In this document: piece by piece, positions 31,112 to 45,453 of the stretch | How the letters are laid out: every line of letters starts with the position of its first letter | Position numbering within the stretch: position 1 is the stretch's first letter | Source: an uncultured Planctomycetaceae bacterium | Lineage (GTDB): Bacteria > Planctomycetota > Planctomycetia > Planctomycetales > Planctomycetaceae | Assembly: GCA_963813715.1 (NCBI GenBank) | Contig: CAWFAK010000008.1 | Span: 32,001-96,000 of the forward strand | Length of the DNA stretch: 64,000 nucleotides | Direction of reading: 5' to 3' | Program-made: the position numbers and the translations under genes | The notes under the pieces: generated by a model | What the model was told of the DNA's origin: nothing | What the model saw: only the letters and a program-made list of their open reading frames with translations | The model's database searches: none

Positions 31112-32827
31112 ATGCGCAAGGGCGTGTGCGGCAGTCGCTGTTTCGGATCGTGGTCTTGGTGATCGGCTCGGCGTGCCGCAGCGCTCGCTGGCGACGCAGC
31201 GAAAGCAGAAGTCGCATTGCCAGCCGCAGCGATCGCCGGCGTCCGCTTCCGCGAAAGCCGAGCCGCATTTCCGAAGCTCGGCATCGCACGCCGCAAGATG
31301 ACCACGACGTCGCGCGTCGCCCAAGAGTATTTCGATCAGGGGCTGGACTTTCTCTACGGATTCAATCATGACGAGGCGATTCGCTCGTTCGAGGCGGCGG
31401 CCGCGGCCGATCCGCACTGCGCCATGGCCTATTGGGGAATCGCCGCCGCCAACGGGCCGCACATCAACAATCCCAACGTGGACGAAGCATCACGCCAAGG
31501 CAGCCTGGAAGGCGCTCGGCAAGGCCCGCGAGTTGGCGGCCGGCGCGTCGCCCGTCGATCAGGCTCTGATCGAAGCGATGGGCAAGCGTTACGCCGAGAC
31601 GCAGCCGCAGATCGCCATCCGCTCGACGTCGCCTATGCCGACGCGATGCAAAAAGTCTGGGACGCACACTCGGACGATCCGACGTCGGGGCGCTGACGGC
31701 CGAGGCCCTGATGGATCTGCGTCCGTGGGACCAGTGGACGCCCGCCGGCAAACCGCAGCCGGGCACCGAAAAAGTGCTGGCGATCTTGGATGCCGTGCTG
31801 GCCAAATCGCCCAAGCATCCGCTGGCCGACGCACTTGATGATTCATGCCGCTCGAAGCCTCGCCCCATCCCAGAGCGAGCCGACGCGGCCGCCGATCGCC
31901 TCCGCGATCTGATGCCCGGAATCGGTCACCTAGTGCACATGCCGTCGCACATCGACGTCCGCCGGGGTCGCTGGCAGGACGCGGTGGTCGCCAACGAGAA
32001 AGCGATCGCGGCGGACAACGTCGTATCGCACGATGGTGCCGCGGCAGGGCTTTTACCGCCTCTACATGGCCCACAACCATCACATGCTGGCGTACGCGGC
32101 GATGATGCAGGGGCAGAGCCTGAAAGCCAGGGCGACAATCAAGGAGTTTTTGGTCTCGATCCCCGACGACGCGATCAAGAACCAGGCGGAGCTAATCGAC
32201 GGCTTCTTTTCGCTGCCCTACGAGTTGCACGTCCGCTTCGGCCAATGGGACGAAATGCTGGCCGAACCGAAGCCGCGCGACAGCATGCCCATCGCGACCG
32301 CGTTTTGGCATTACGCCCGCGGGGTTTCCTTCGCCGCCAAGGGACAAGTTGCCGAAGCTAAGGCCGAGCAAAAGGAATTCAAAGCCGCCGATAAGCGGAT
32401 TCCGGCCACTGCCACCTTCAGCAAGAACCTCGTTCTCTCCCTGCTCGGCGTCGCCGGCAAGATGCTCGACGGCGAGATCCTGTATCGCGAGGGGAAAGTG
32501 GACGAGGCAATCGCCGCCCTGCGCGAGTCGGCCAAGCGAGAGGACAGGCTGCACTATGCCGAGCCGCCGGCCTGGATTCAGCCCGTGCGTCACGCGTTGG
32601 GAGCGGCGCTGCTCGAATCGCACCGCTATGCCGACGCCGAACAGGTCTACCGCGACGACCTGGCCCGCTACCCCAACAACGGCTGGTCGCTCTTCGGTTT
32701 GTCCCGCGCGCTCAAGCTCCAGGGCAAGAAGGCCGAGGCGCTGAACGTCACGCTGGAGTTCGACAAAGCCTGGGAGCATGCCGACATCAAACTGGCGTCG
32801 TCCTGCTTCTGCCTGCAACCGAAGTAG
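31112..32827 (+). CDS. Secreted TPR-repeat protein (several frameshifts)
   Basis: AQEYFDQGL..YGFNHDEA.RSF, GHLVHMPSHI, EPPAWIQPVRH, PNNGWSLFGL; start approximate. Confidence 0.8.
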
Positions 32828-32846
32828 TTCCCGCGCGATCGCCCGT

Positions 32847-33848
32847 TCAGGCGTTGTCGCCCTTGCGACCGCCGCCGAGCATCCGCTTCCAGCGGCTGCC
32901 TGCCTGCTCGTCTTTGCCCGCGTCGGCGTCGGACGCTGCGCCGGATTCCAGGCGTGCCCGCTTGAGGTCCTTTTGCAGCTGCTCGTCGATGACGCGGATG
33001 CGGACCTCTTCGCGGGCCATCTTGCGCGCTGCAGCGAGAGCTCGACTTCCGCCAGACGCAGCGTTTCTTCCAGCCGCTTCTCGAGCGATTCGAGCCGCGC
33101 GTGGAGCTGATCGGGCAGGTTTTCGAGCCCGGCCCAACTGTTGGGCACGTGCCCCAGCGATTCAATTCGCCGCAGCCGTTGCAGCAAATAGACGACGTAA
33201 GTGTCGCGAGTTTCGCAGGCCTGCGCCAGCTCCTCGCGGGTCGCGTTCTGCGCGTCGACCGGTTCGGGAGCATCGGCAAGCGGCGGCAGCTCGATATTGA
33301 AGATCGGGCGCGGCCGCTTCGCTCGCGGAGCTGGGCAGCGCGGTGGCCGACGTCTCCTCGGTCTCCGCCGGTGGGTTGTTCTCGGCGAAGGAGGCTTTCA
33401 TGAAATCGAGCACGCTGCGCGGCGAATCGGACGGGTTTCGCCGAGGCGAGCTCGAGTCGAGCCGCGAATCGCCATGCGTGAACGCCGCGTCCGTGGGATT
33501 GTTGCCCCCGCCGTGCCCGCCTTGGCCGCCGTAGTTCAGCACCAGGTCGTGAATCTGGGTGAGCTGGCTTTCCAGCCGGCCGAAGAAGGCCCCCGGCTGC
33601 ATGTCCTCCCATTGCTGGATGGCTTGCTGCAGATCCTCAACGAGTTTCTGCTGCTGCTGAATCAGCTCGGGCGGAATGCCGAGAATGCCGGAGCGCACGC
33701 CCCGATCGGCGCCGGTGCGATGCAGCCGGTCGAGTTGCTCGGCCGCCTGCTCCAGGCGCTCGGTCAGCGCGGCGACAAGCTGATCCCGATCGGCCAGTTG
33801 GGCCTCGAGGGATTCAACTCGTTCCGGCGTAAGTTCTGCTTCGACCAT
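32847..33848 (-). CDS. Hypothetical coiled-coil protein (frameshifted)
   Basis: LTERLEQAAEQLDRL.RTGADRG at the N-terminus; RWKRMLG at the C-terminus in another frame. Confidence 0.6.
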
Positions 33849-34066
33849 CCTGCTGCCACCGTTGCCCGCGTCGTGCCGGTTCGGGCCGGATCAGTCCCGT
33901 CGATGGAACGGGCCTTCCGGCACCTAAATTCCTCCACAACAAACGCTGTTGCCGGACGATGGCCCAACGTCACTTGTGGGAAAAAGGCAACACCATAGCG
34001 TAGCTCACCAACCGGCGGAAGGAGGCTGACCGCAATGGAATTTTCGGACTCGCCCGCGCATCGTGG

Positions 34067-35041
34067 TCATGTCGTGCGGGCGTACACCTCGGGATTCACC
34101 ACGTTTGCCGGCCGTTTGCCCTCGAGCGCATCCGCGATCTGGCGCGAAGCACGCAGTCGTAGCTCGTGTAACGATTCTGCCGAAACAAATGCCGCGTGCG
34201 GCGTCACGATGACTCGCTCGTTCTTGTACAACGGATCCGAAAGGTCCGGCGGCTCCGGCTCGAAAACGTCGAGAGCGGCCCCGCCAATCCGCCCGGCCGC
34301 GAGCGCCGCCTCGAGAGCCGCATTGTCGATCAGACCGCCGCGCGACGTATTAATCAGCCACGCGGTCGGCTTCATCCGCGCCAGCTGCGGGCCGGAGATC
34401 ATGTGGCGGGTCGAATCCGTGAGCGGCGCATGTAGCGAAACAAAATCGCTCCTGACCAACAGCTCATCGAGCGGCACCATCGTGCAACCGGTGCCACAGT
34501 CGTCGAGCTGGCGGGTGTTCGCGATCACGGTCATGCCCAACGCCCGGGCCTTGGGAAAAGGGCGCGGGCGATATGGCCGAAACCGATCAGGCCGAGCGTC
34601 ATTTCCGAGAGTCGCCGCATCGGCGGCCCCGGCACTCAGTTGGTACTCGCCCGCCTTCGTCCGTGTATGAAAGAAAGCCACATTGCGGGCGGCGGCCAAG
34701 AGCAGCGCCAGCGCGTGATCCGAAACTTCCGACACGCAGTAGTCGGGGACGTTGGTGACCGGAATGCCCAAGCCGGTGGCCGTCGGCACGCTGATATTGT
34801 CCAGGCCGATGCCAAACCGCGCGACGGTCTTGCAGCGGGTTGCGGCGCGAATCACGTTGGCGGTGACCGGCGCCCAATTCGTGCCGATCGCGTCGGCGTC
34901 GCGGGCGAGCGAAATCAGCGTTTGTTCGTCGGTCCGCGGAGCTTCAACAACCTCGGCCCCCACCGACTTCAGCACGTCCCGCTCGATCGAGCAATCGGGC
35001 CACGCACGATCCGTGATCAGAACGCGGAAGGGCGGGCTCAT
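34067..35041 (-). CDS. D-2-hydroxyacid dehydrogenase family protein (CtBP-like); compensating frameshifts near 34560-34630
   Basis: RFGIGLDNI, NVPDYC..EVSDHA, LINTSRGG, ALDVFEPEP, TPHAAF. Confidence 0.9.
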   Translation of the reverse strand: MSPPFRVLITDRAWPDCSIERDVLKSVGAEVVEAPRTDEQTLISLARDADAIGTNWAPVTANVIRAATRCKTVARFGIGLDNISVPTATGLGIPVTNVPDYCVSEVSDHALALLLAAARNVAFFHTRTKAGEYQLSAGAADAATLGNDARPDRFRPYRPRPFPKARALGMTVIANTRQLDDCGTGCTMVPLDELLVRSDFVSLHAPLTDSTRHMISGPQLARMKPTAWLINTSRGGLIDNAALEAALAAGRIGGAALDVFEPEPPDLSDPLYKNERVIVTPHAAFVSAESLHELRLRASRQIADALEGKRPANVVNPEVYARTT

Positions 35042-35049
35042 GCAGCGGC

Positions 35050-35442
35050 TCAGCCCTGTTGTGCGGCCAGCTCAGACATGCGAATCGCCGGCTCGACCAC
35101 CCGCTCCCAATTCTCACGCAGATAATCGGGCGGGCCGCCCTTCGACGCCACGTACTCGGCCGCCTGCACAGTCGGCACCATCTCAATGGCGTCCCACGGG
35201 CAAACGGTCAGCTCGTACGGGTCGGTCTTTTTCGTGGGGATATGCACGCAGACTTCGCAACCGACGCATCGCTCGACGTCGATTTCGCACCACGACTGCA
35301 GCACGGAAACCGAGTCGCCGGGGACCTTATAAATGCAGTCGACGGGGCAGACCTCGAGGCACGCCTCGCAACCCGTGCAGTTGTCGGCATTAATGACCGC
35401 CACTTCCTTGGGCAGTTTTTTGCGGGCACCGCTCTTCGCCAT
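35050..35442 (-). CDS. 4Fe-4S dicluster ferredoxin
   Basis: CTGCEACLEVCP and CVGCEVC...CPW. Confidence 0.9.
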   Translation of the reverse strand: MAKSGARKKLPKEVAVINADNCTGCEACLEVCPVDCIYKVPGDSVSVLQSWCEIDVERCVGCEVCVHIPTKKTDPYELTVCPWDAIEMVPTVQAAEYVASKGGPPDYLRENWERVVEPAIRMSELAAQQG

Positions 35443-35782
35443 AATTTGTCCCGTTTTTCCGTTCGCAATTCCTCGCGGCCGTCAAAATCCGCCGCGGAGG
35501 GAATCGGAATTTGCTGCAATCCCTTGGGAGGCCCGATTTTAAGTGGCAGGACCCGTCCCCGCAATCGAGGAAACGCCTGCCCGCTTTGATCGACGCCTTT
35601 AGCCGCCAGAACGCTTTATCGGTAACCGCCCGGCCGATCAGAGAACCAAATCAATTCTTGCAGCAAAACCGGCCGCAGGCAACCCGCCCCCCCTCCGGGT
35701 GCACGACCGACAATTTACGCGGGCTTTTCTCGGTGAAACAACGTGTCCCGTCCCGCAGTTTACCTGGTTCCCGACGGCTTTC

Positions 35783-35857
35783 TCACCACAAAGACACGAA
35801 GGCACGAAGGTCAGACTTGGCAATTCGTTCTGCGTTCCCTTGGTGCCTTCGTGGTGA
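35783..35857. repeat. REP-like long inverted repeat
   Basis: TCACCACAAAGACACGAAGG against CCTTGGTGCCTTCGTGGTGA (17/20 complementary). Confidence 0.7.
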
Positions 35858-35998
35858 AAGTCTTCGATCTCCTACCTAGCCGCGTCCCAATCAATCCCGT
35901 CCCGACATTTGTCCCGTCCCGCTCGAGTCCCGTCCCATTCTTTCCCCTCGCCCGTCCGGCTCGGCGGATGGGAGAGCGGCTGTGTTTCTTTTCAAGAG

Positions 35999-38766
<2,768 letters not shown>

Positions 38767-38948
38767 GGGACGGGACACGTTGTTTCACCGAGAAATGCCC
38801 GGAGAAATTCTCGGGACGATGCAAAAAACACCCGACAGCTGACGCAGTCGGCTCGCCGGGGACGGACGAGCGGGAAGGAATCGGGAGGGGACACAGGACA
38901 CGGGCGCAATTCGCAGGACCCGCACGGCACTGGGACGCGGTCGGTCGT

Positions 38949-40077
38949 TCAGCCTTCGCGGAGCGCTTCCGACCGGGGCCAGGCGGGCAAAGCGCAGGGC
39001 CGGGTAGGCCGCGCCGAGAATTGCCATGAGAGCGGCCATCGCGATGCCTTCACAGACGGCGCGGAGGGGTAGATCGCCCTGCACCAATCCGGACGTGACA
39101 TGCCAATGGGCCAGAGCCAAGATTGCGAGAAAACCACCCGCGACGCCAACGACCGAACCCGCGCCGGCCAGGAGCAGCGATTCCTGGACGATGAGCATCA
39201 CCACGCGCCACGTCCGCCAGCCCATCGCGCGGAAGGCGCCGATCTCGGTGCGGCGCTCGAAGACGCTCATCGCCATCGTGTTCAGAATGCCGAACGCGCC
39301 CATCACGCAGGCGACGGCCGAGATCACCCACGACATCACCCGCGTCACTCGCATCTGGTTGAGCGAGCCGACGAACTCTGCGCAGGGCGTGGCGGCGATC
39401 TCAGGATCGAGGGCTTCGATCCGCGATTGAAGCGCAGCGACGGCATCCGGGTCGCCCGGCGGATTCGCCTGCACGACGTAGCCAGTCACCTGGCCGGGCC
39501 GGTCCATCTGACGCTGTAAATCGTCGATCAGCATGAAGACCGCGCCGTTTTCGTAAACGCTGAAGCTCTCGAAAATGCCGACCACATGGAATGGCTGCCC
39601 GTAGACCTCGACGGTGTCGCCGGCCTGCTTGCCGAGATTGGCCGCAAGAATTCGCCCGAGCATGACGCAGTTTTTGTCCTCGGCCTGGAGGCGGCGGCCC
39701 GATTGGATTTTGACGCGATCGAGCACGGGGCAATCGGGCTCCCAGCCGTTGACGATCACCATGAACAAGTCGCGACTCTCGAAGGCGACCATGTCCATCA
39801 GGCCGCCGATGACCTGTCCGGCCCCCGGCAGCTCGCGGATTTGTTGCCCCAACTTGAGCGACACGCCCTTGGAAAGCTGCACGGCCCCGCCGCGCCGCTG
39901 CACCACGAGGTCCGTCCCTTGCTGCGTGTAGAGCGCGAGGAACGAGCTTTCGAACGACTCCGCCACGCCGACGAGCGCGACGATGGCCGCCACCGCGGCG
40001 GCGAGACCGGCCGCGGTCAACAGCGAGCGGAAGGGCCGGCGGCGGAGGTTTTTGGCGGCGATCGTCAGACTGCGCAT
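38949..40077 (-). CDS. MacB/FtsX-like ABC permease (frameshift near 38970)
   Basis: KNLRRRPFRSLLT, NTMAMSVFERRTEIG..RAMGW, YPA...ARLAPV|EALR. Confidence 0.88.
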
Positions 40078-40799
40078 CGCGTGACGACTCCTCCGCTCAT
40101 TTGCAACAGGTCGATCTGCCCGTCGCGGATCCAGATCGTGCGCTCGGCCCGGGCGGCAACCTCTGCTCCGTGCGTGATCACAATCAACGTCACGCCCCGC
40201 TCGCGATGCAGTTGGTCAAACAAGTCGAGCACGCCGGCGCCCGCCCGCGAGTCGAGGTTGCCCGTCGGCTCGTCCGCCAACAGCACCAGCGGATCGTTCG
40301 CGAGCGCCCGCGCGATGGCCACGCGCTGCCGTTCGCCCACCGAGAGTTTTTGCGGCACGTGCTTGAGCCGATGGGAAAGCCCGACCAGGCACAAGAGTTC
40401 CTCGGCCTTGCGGACGCGGGCCCGACGATCGAGGGTTCCCTCGAACATCGGGATCTGCACGTTCTCAAGCGCCGTCAACGTCGGCAAAAGATGAAAGGAC
40501 TGGAAGACGAAGCCGATCGTGCGGGCGCGGAACCGGTCGAGGTCGCGCAGTGTGGTCAGCGACTGCCCCTCGAAACAAATCTCGCCACGGCAAGGATGGT
40601 CGAGCGCCCCGAGCAGGTTGAGCAAGGTCGACTTGCCGCTGCCGCTGGGCCCCATGATGGCCACGTATTCGCCGCGGAAGACGGAAAACGACACATCTTT
40701 GAGGGCGCGGACGGTGCCGTCGTCGTACGTGCGGCAGATCGAGCGCACGTCCAAGAGCGGCACCAGGCGGGGAAGGGCGTCGGGTTTTGTGTCGTTCAT
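40065..40799 (-). CDS. ABC ATP-binding protein (LolD/MacB type)
   Basis: GPSGSGKST, LSVGERQRVAIARAL, LLADEPTGNLD. Confidence 0.95.
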   Translation of the reverse strand: MNDTKPDALPRLVPLLDVRSICRTYDDGTVRALKDVSFSVFRGEYVAIMGPSGSGKSTLLNLLGALDHPCRGEICFEGQSLTTLRDLDRFRARTIGFVFQSFHLLPTLTALENVQIPMFEGTLDRRARVRKAEELLCLVGLSHRLKHVPQKLSVGERQRVAIARALANDPLVLLADEPTGNLDSRAGAGVLDLFDQLHRERGVTLIVITHGAEVAARAERTIWIRDGQIDLLQMSGGVVTRCAV

Positions 40800-40870
40800 C
40801 GGCTGTCCTCGATCGTTCGCCCGCTTGTCGCCCGTGGTTCCCAGTCAAACCGCTGATTTTTGCGCCGCAC

Positions 40871-42019
40871 TCATTCAAAATGCAGGGCCGTGAGTGGAAC
40901 ACAGGTCGCTCCCCGATAAGCCGGATAGAGCGAGCCGGCGACCCCGGCAAAGATCGTGAGCGCGATTCCCAGCACGACCGCCTCGGCCGAGAGGGTCGGC
41001 TGCACGAAGTTGCGCGTGTACGACCAGGTGCCCAGCGCCCGCACGAACAGGCCGGCGCCGGCCGCTCCGCCGAGCGACGCACACAGTCCGATCACCAGCG
41101 ATTCACCGAGCACCATCCGCATCACGCGGCCGCGCGACCAACCGATGGCCCGCAACAGCCCGAATTCCTTGGTCCGCTCGAGAACGGACATCAGCATGGT
41201 ATTGAGCATGGCCACGAGCGACAGCCCGACCGCAACGACCGACGTGCCCCACGCCATGGCCCAAGTGAGCCGGGTCTCGGTGTCGGAATCGACGAACTTG
41301 CGCATCGGCAGTGCTTTGAACCCGAGCGACCGTCCGGACGCGTCGTGCAGCGATTCGATTTCGCGGCAGAGCCGGGAGATGCCCGTGTCGTTGGCAGCGG
41401 CAGGGACGGCGCGGATTTGAAACTCGGACACCTGGCCCGGTCGCCCCATCAGGTCTTGCACATCGGTCAGCGGCGCGATGATGGTGTTGGCTTCGATGGC
41501 ATCCGCCGTCTGAAAAACGCCCGCGATGTGAAAGGCCGTCCCCTCGATTTGGAGCGTTTCGCCTGGACGGTGTTTGAGCCCCTCGGCCAGCGCGCTCCCC
41601 AACAGCACGGCCCGATGATCGCCGGCCGCCAGCTTTCGCCCGCTCGTCACCTCGAGCTTGTCTGCCGTCGGTCCGGAGGGGTCGACGCCGTGCATGGGAA
41701 TGCCGATCAGGGCGCGTTCGCCCAGGGAGACCATCTCCGTCAGGCTGCCTTCAGCCCAGGCCACGTCGGGCAGCGCGCGAAGCCGGCCGGCCAGCGCGGC
41801 GCTCAGGCTGCTGGTGATGCGCTCGGAAACGCCGGCGCGGCAGACGACCACGTCGACGCCGCGGGACGCGTAGTAATCGCGCGACGAGGAGGCAAACGAC
41901 CAGGCGCTGCTCAAGAGCGCGGTGCTCGTCGCCACGGCGGCCGCCAGTCCGGCAATCGTCAAGAGGGTGCGCGTTTTACGGCGCATCAGATTCTTGGCGA
42001 TGACTTCCAGGAACAACAT
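40871..42019 (-). CDS. MacB/FtsX-like ABC permease
   Basis: KNLMRRKTRTLLT, NTMLMSVLERTKEFGLLRAIGW. Confidence 0.9.
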   Translation of the reverse strand: MLFLEVIAKNLMRRKTRTLLTIAGLAAAVATSTALLSSAWSFASSSRDYYASRGVDVVVCRAGVSERITSSLSAALAGRLRALPDVAWAEGSLTEMVSLGERALIGIPMHGVDPSGPTADKLEVTSGRKLAAGDHRAVLLGSALAEGLKHRPGETLQIEGTAFHIAGVFQTADAIEANTIIAPLTDVQDLMGRPGQVSEFQIRAVPAAANDTGISRLCREIESLHDASGRSLGFKALPMRKFVDSDTETRLTWAMAWGTSVVAVGLSLVAMLNTMLMSVLERTKEFGLLRAIGWSRGRVMRMVLGESLVIGLCASLGGAAGAGLFVRALGTWSYTRNFVQPTLSAEAVVLGIALTIFAGVAGSLYPAYRGATCVPLTALHFE

Positions 42020-42186
42020 GGGGGATTCAATCGGCCGGAGCAAAAGCGGGCGGAGCGGAAGCCAGTCCGAATCGTCCTGATGCGGAAACTCGCCTCCCGC
42101 TGGAACGGGGCGATCGGGAGAGCCGGGACCGAGTCGCGATCAACGCGGACCGGCACCGGCCAAAAAATGCCCCGCGCGGCTCCGGA

Positions 42187-45100
42187 TCATCCTTTTTCAA
42201 ACGGGATGTGTCCACCCCGACTTGGGCCGAAGGCGTAGGGGTTCTCGTGGGTGTGGGTTTTCCCCGAGATCCAGAGGCGGAACCGGTCGAGATAGAGGTA
42301 GACGACGGGCGTCGTATAGAGGGTGAGGGCCTGGCTGACGATCAGACCGCCGACAATGGCGATGCCCAACGGACGCCGGAGCTCCGAGCCGGTGCCGGAG
42401 CCCATTGCCAGCGGCAGGCCGCCGAAGAGGGCGGCCAGCGTCGTCATCATGATCGGACGGAAGCGGAGCACGCAGGCGGTGTAGATGGCCTCGACGGGTG
42501 ATGTGTTTTCGTGCCGTTCGGCCGCAATCGCGAAGTCGATCATCATGATGGCGTTTTTCTTCACGATGCCGATCAGCAACAGAATGCCGATCAGTCCCAT
42601 CACGTTGAGTTCGTTGCCGGTCAACAACAGCGCCAAGAGTGCGCCGACGCCGGCCGACGGCAGGGTCGAGAGAATCGTGATCGGGTGGATGTAGCTCTCG
42701 TAGAGAATTCCCAGCACGATGTAGACGGCGGCCAGGGCCGCGGCGATCAGCACCGGCTCGTTCGCCAGAGATTCCTGAAAGGCCTGGGCCGTTCCTTGAA
42801 ACTTACCATGCAGGGTCCCCGGAGCGCCAAGCTCGTGCATGGCGTCGTTGATTTTCTCGACGGCATCTCCGAGGGCACCGCCGGGAGGAAGATTGAATGA
42901 CACGGTGACCGAGGGGAACTGCCCGGAGTGGTTGACGGCCAGCGGCCCCGTGCCGTTGACGATCTTGGCGAACGCTCCCAAGGGCACGCGAACGTTGTTG
43001 CTGCCGTGGACGTAGATGTAATTGAGCGCGCCCGGGTCCTCCCAGAATTTCAGGGGCACCGTCATCACGATGTGGTACTGGTTGAGCTCGGTATAGGTGG
43101 TGGCGACGAATCGCTGACCGAAGGCGTCATAGAGCGCGTTGTCGATGGTCTGCATCGAGATGCCGTACTGGGCGGCGGCGCGGCGGTCGACCGTGACGGT
43201 CGTCTGCAGTCCGGAATTCTGCTGGTCGGAGACGACGTCGACCATCACGTCGGTCAGCGTGCGAAGCTTGCTCACGACGCGGGGGGCCCACTCGTTGAGC
43301 TCGTTCAGGTCGTCGTCCTGCAGGGTGTATTGATATTGCGTGCTGCTCGAGCGGGCGCCGATCCGCAGGTCCTGGTAGGACTGCAGGTAGAGCGTCGCCC
43401 CCGGAATGGGCGAAAGCTTGGTCCGCAGCCGGCCGATGATTTCATCCGCGCTCGAATGGTGTGGGGGCATGAGCACGTCTCGCAGCCAGACGAAGAACTG
43501 GTACGGCGTAGGATGGCCGCCGGACTTGAACGGACTGGGAGTCCGCGGGGCGTAGGTGCGCCTTTCGATGGACTTAAGTGAGACATACATCGACCCTTGG
43601 TTGACGGTGCGGCCGCCGCCTCCTCCTCCTCCGCCCGTGAACGAGATCAGGTTTTCGACGTCGGGATCGTGGCTGACCTCGGTCGTGAACAGCGTCATCA
43701 GCTTGTTCATTTGCTGAAACGACGTGTCCTGGTCGGCCATGATCGTGCCGGTGAGCCTGCCCGCGTCCTGCTGAGGGAAGAAGCCCTTGGGCACCACCAC
43801 GTACAGCCACCCGGTGAAGGCAATGGTCAAGAGGGTGGCGATGATCATCGTGAACTGGTGCCGGAGCACCCACTGCAGGCTCGACTCGTAGCGGGCCAGC
43901 ACCCAGTCGAAGAGCGATTCGAAAAAGCCGTAAATCGGGCCGTGCTTGGCATGGTCGGCCTTCGCCTTGAGCAGCCAGGCGCACATCATTGGGGTAGTCG
44001 TGAGCGACACGCAGAGCGACACGCCGATCGCCACGCTGATGGTCACGGCAAACTCGCGGAACAGCCGCCCGATGATGCCCCCCATCATCAGGATGGGAAT
44101 GAACACCGCCACGAGCGACAGGCTGATCGAGAGCACGGTAAAGCCGATTTCCGCGGCGCCTTTGAGGGCGGCCTGCATCGGCTTCATGCCGGCCTCGAGG
44201 TAGCGGTCGATGTTTTCCAGCACGACGATCGCGTCGTCGACGACGAACCCTGTCGAGATCGTGAGCGCCATCAGCGACAGATTGTCGACGCTGTAACCGA
44301 AGAGGTACATCACGCCGAACGTCCCGATCAGCGAGACGGGCACCGCGACGCTGGGAATGAACGTGGCGCGGGCATCGCGCAGAAACAGGAACACGACCAG
44401 GATCACGAGCGCCACCGAGAGCGACAGGGTCAATTGCACGTCGCGCACCGACGCCCGGATCGTCGCCGTCCGGTCGACCACCTCGGCCATCTTGATTCCC
44501 TGGGGTAAATCGGACATCAACTGCGGCGTCTGGGCGCGGATGCGATCGACGGCGTCGATGATGTTGGCCCCGGGCTGACGGAAGATGATCATCAGCACCG
44601 ACGGTTTGATTTCGCCCGGCCGCGGGCTGAAATAGCCCGACGCGCGGATGTCCTCGACCGAGTCGAGGACGGTCCCGACGTCGGAAATCCGTACGGGCGC
44701 CCCATTGCGGTAGGCGATGATCAACGGCCGGTATTGGTCAGGCTTGAGCAGCTGGTCGTCGGTCGTCAGGAACCAGCTGTGTCCGTTTGTCGACATCTGC
44801 CCCTTGGGCCGATTGGCATTGGCCGTGCTGATCATGGTCCGCACGTCGTCGAGGCCCAGGCCGAAGTTGTTGAGCAAGGTCGGATTGATCTCCAGTCGCA
44901 CGGCCGGGGGCGAGCCGCCGCTGACGAAGACTTGGCCGACCCCGTCGATCTGCGAGAGTTTTTGCGCCAGGATGGTGTTGGCCGCGTCGTAAACTTTGGG
45001 CTTTTCGTAGATATCGGAGTAGAGCGCCGGAATGAGGATCGGGGCGTCGGCCGGGTTGGCCTTGCGCCAGGTCGGCTTCGACGGGAGGTTGGACGGCAGC

Positions 45101-45453
45101 TGGCCGGCCGCCGCGTTGATCGCCGCCTGCACGTCGCGGGCGGCGGCGTCGATGTTGCGATTGAGGTCGAACTGGATGCTGATACTGGTCGAACCGAGGT
45201 AGCTCGTCGAGCTCATCTCGGTGATGCCGGCGATGCGGCCGAACTGCCGCTCGAGCGGCGTGGCCACGGCCGAGGCCATCGTCTCGGGGCTCGCTCCGGG
45301 GAGCGTGGCCTGCACCGAGATCGTCGGAAAGTCGACGGCCGGCAGCGAAGAAACGGGCAAAAAGTTGTAAGCCAGGCCGCCCGCCAGCGCGACGGCCGCC
45401 GTCAACAGCGAGGTGGCGACGGGCCGTCGGATAAACAGAGACGACGGATTCAT
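42187..45453 (-). CDS. mdtC: RND efflux transporter subunit
   Basis: [52 protein letters not shown]; second RND gene of a pair. Confidence 0.9.
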   Translation of the reverse strand: MNPSSLFIRRPVATSLLTAAVALAGGLAYNFLPVSSLPAVDFPTISVQATLPGASPETMASAVATPLERQFGRIAGITEMSSTSYLGSTSISIQFDLNRNIDAAARDVQAAINAAAGQLPSNLPSKPTWRKANPADAPILIPALYSDIYEKPKVYDAANTILAQKLSQIDGVGQVFVSGGSPPAVRLEINPTLLNNFGLGLDDVRTMISTANANRPKGQMSTNGHSWFLTTDDQLLKPDQYRPLIIAYRNGAPVRISDVGTVLDSVEDIRASGYFSPRPGEIKPSVLMIIFRQPGANIIDAVDRIRAQTPQLMSDLPQGIKMAEVVDRTATIRASVRDVQLTLSLSVALVILVVFLFLRDARATFIPSVAVPVSLIGTFGVMYLFGYSVDNLSLMALTISTGFVVDDAIVVLENIDRYLEAGMKPMQAALKGAAEIGFTVLSISLSLVAVFIPILMMGGIIGRLFREFAVTISVAIGVSLCVSLTTTPMMCAWLLKAKADHAKHGPIYGFFESLFDWVLARYESSLQWVLRHQFTMIIATLLTIAFTGWLYVVVPKGFFPQQDAGRLTGTIMADQDTSFQQMNKLMTLFTTEVSHDPDVENLISFTGGGGGGGGRTVNQGSMYVSLKSIERRTYAPRTPSPFKSGGHPTPYQFFVWLRDVLMPPHHSSADEIIGRLRTKLSPIPGATLYLQSYQDLRIGARSSSTQYQYTLQDDDLNELNEWAPRVVSKLRTLTDVMVDVVSDQQNSGLQTTVTVDRRAAAQYGISMQTIDNALYDAFGQRFVATTYTELNQYHIVMTVPLKFWEDPGALNYIYVHGSNNVRVPLGAFAKIVNGTGPLAVNHSGQFPSVTVSFNLPPGGALGDAVEKINDAMHELGAPGTLHGKFQGTAQAFQESLANEPVLIAAALAAVYIVLGILYESYIHPITILSTLPSAGVGALLALLLTGNELNVMGLIGILLLIGIVKKNAIMMIDFAIAAERHENTSPVEAIYTACVLRFRPIMMTTLAALFGGLPLAMGSGTGSELRRPLGIAIVGGLIVSQALTLYTTPVVYLYLDRFRLWISGKTHTHENPYAFGPSRGGHIPFEKG

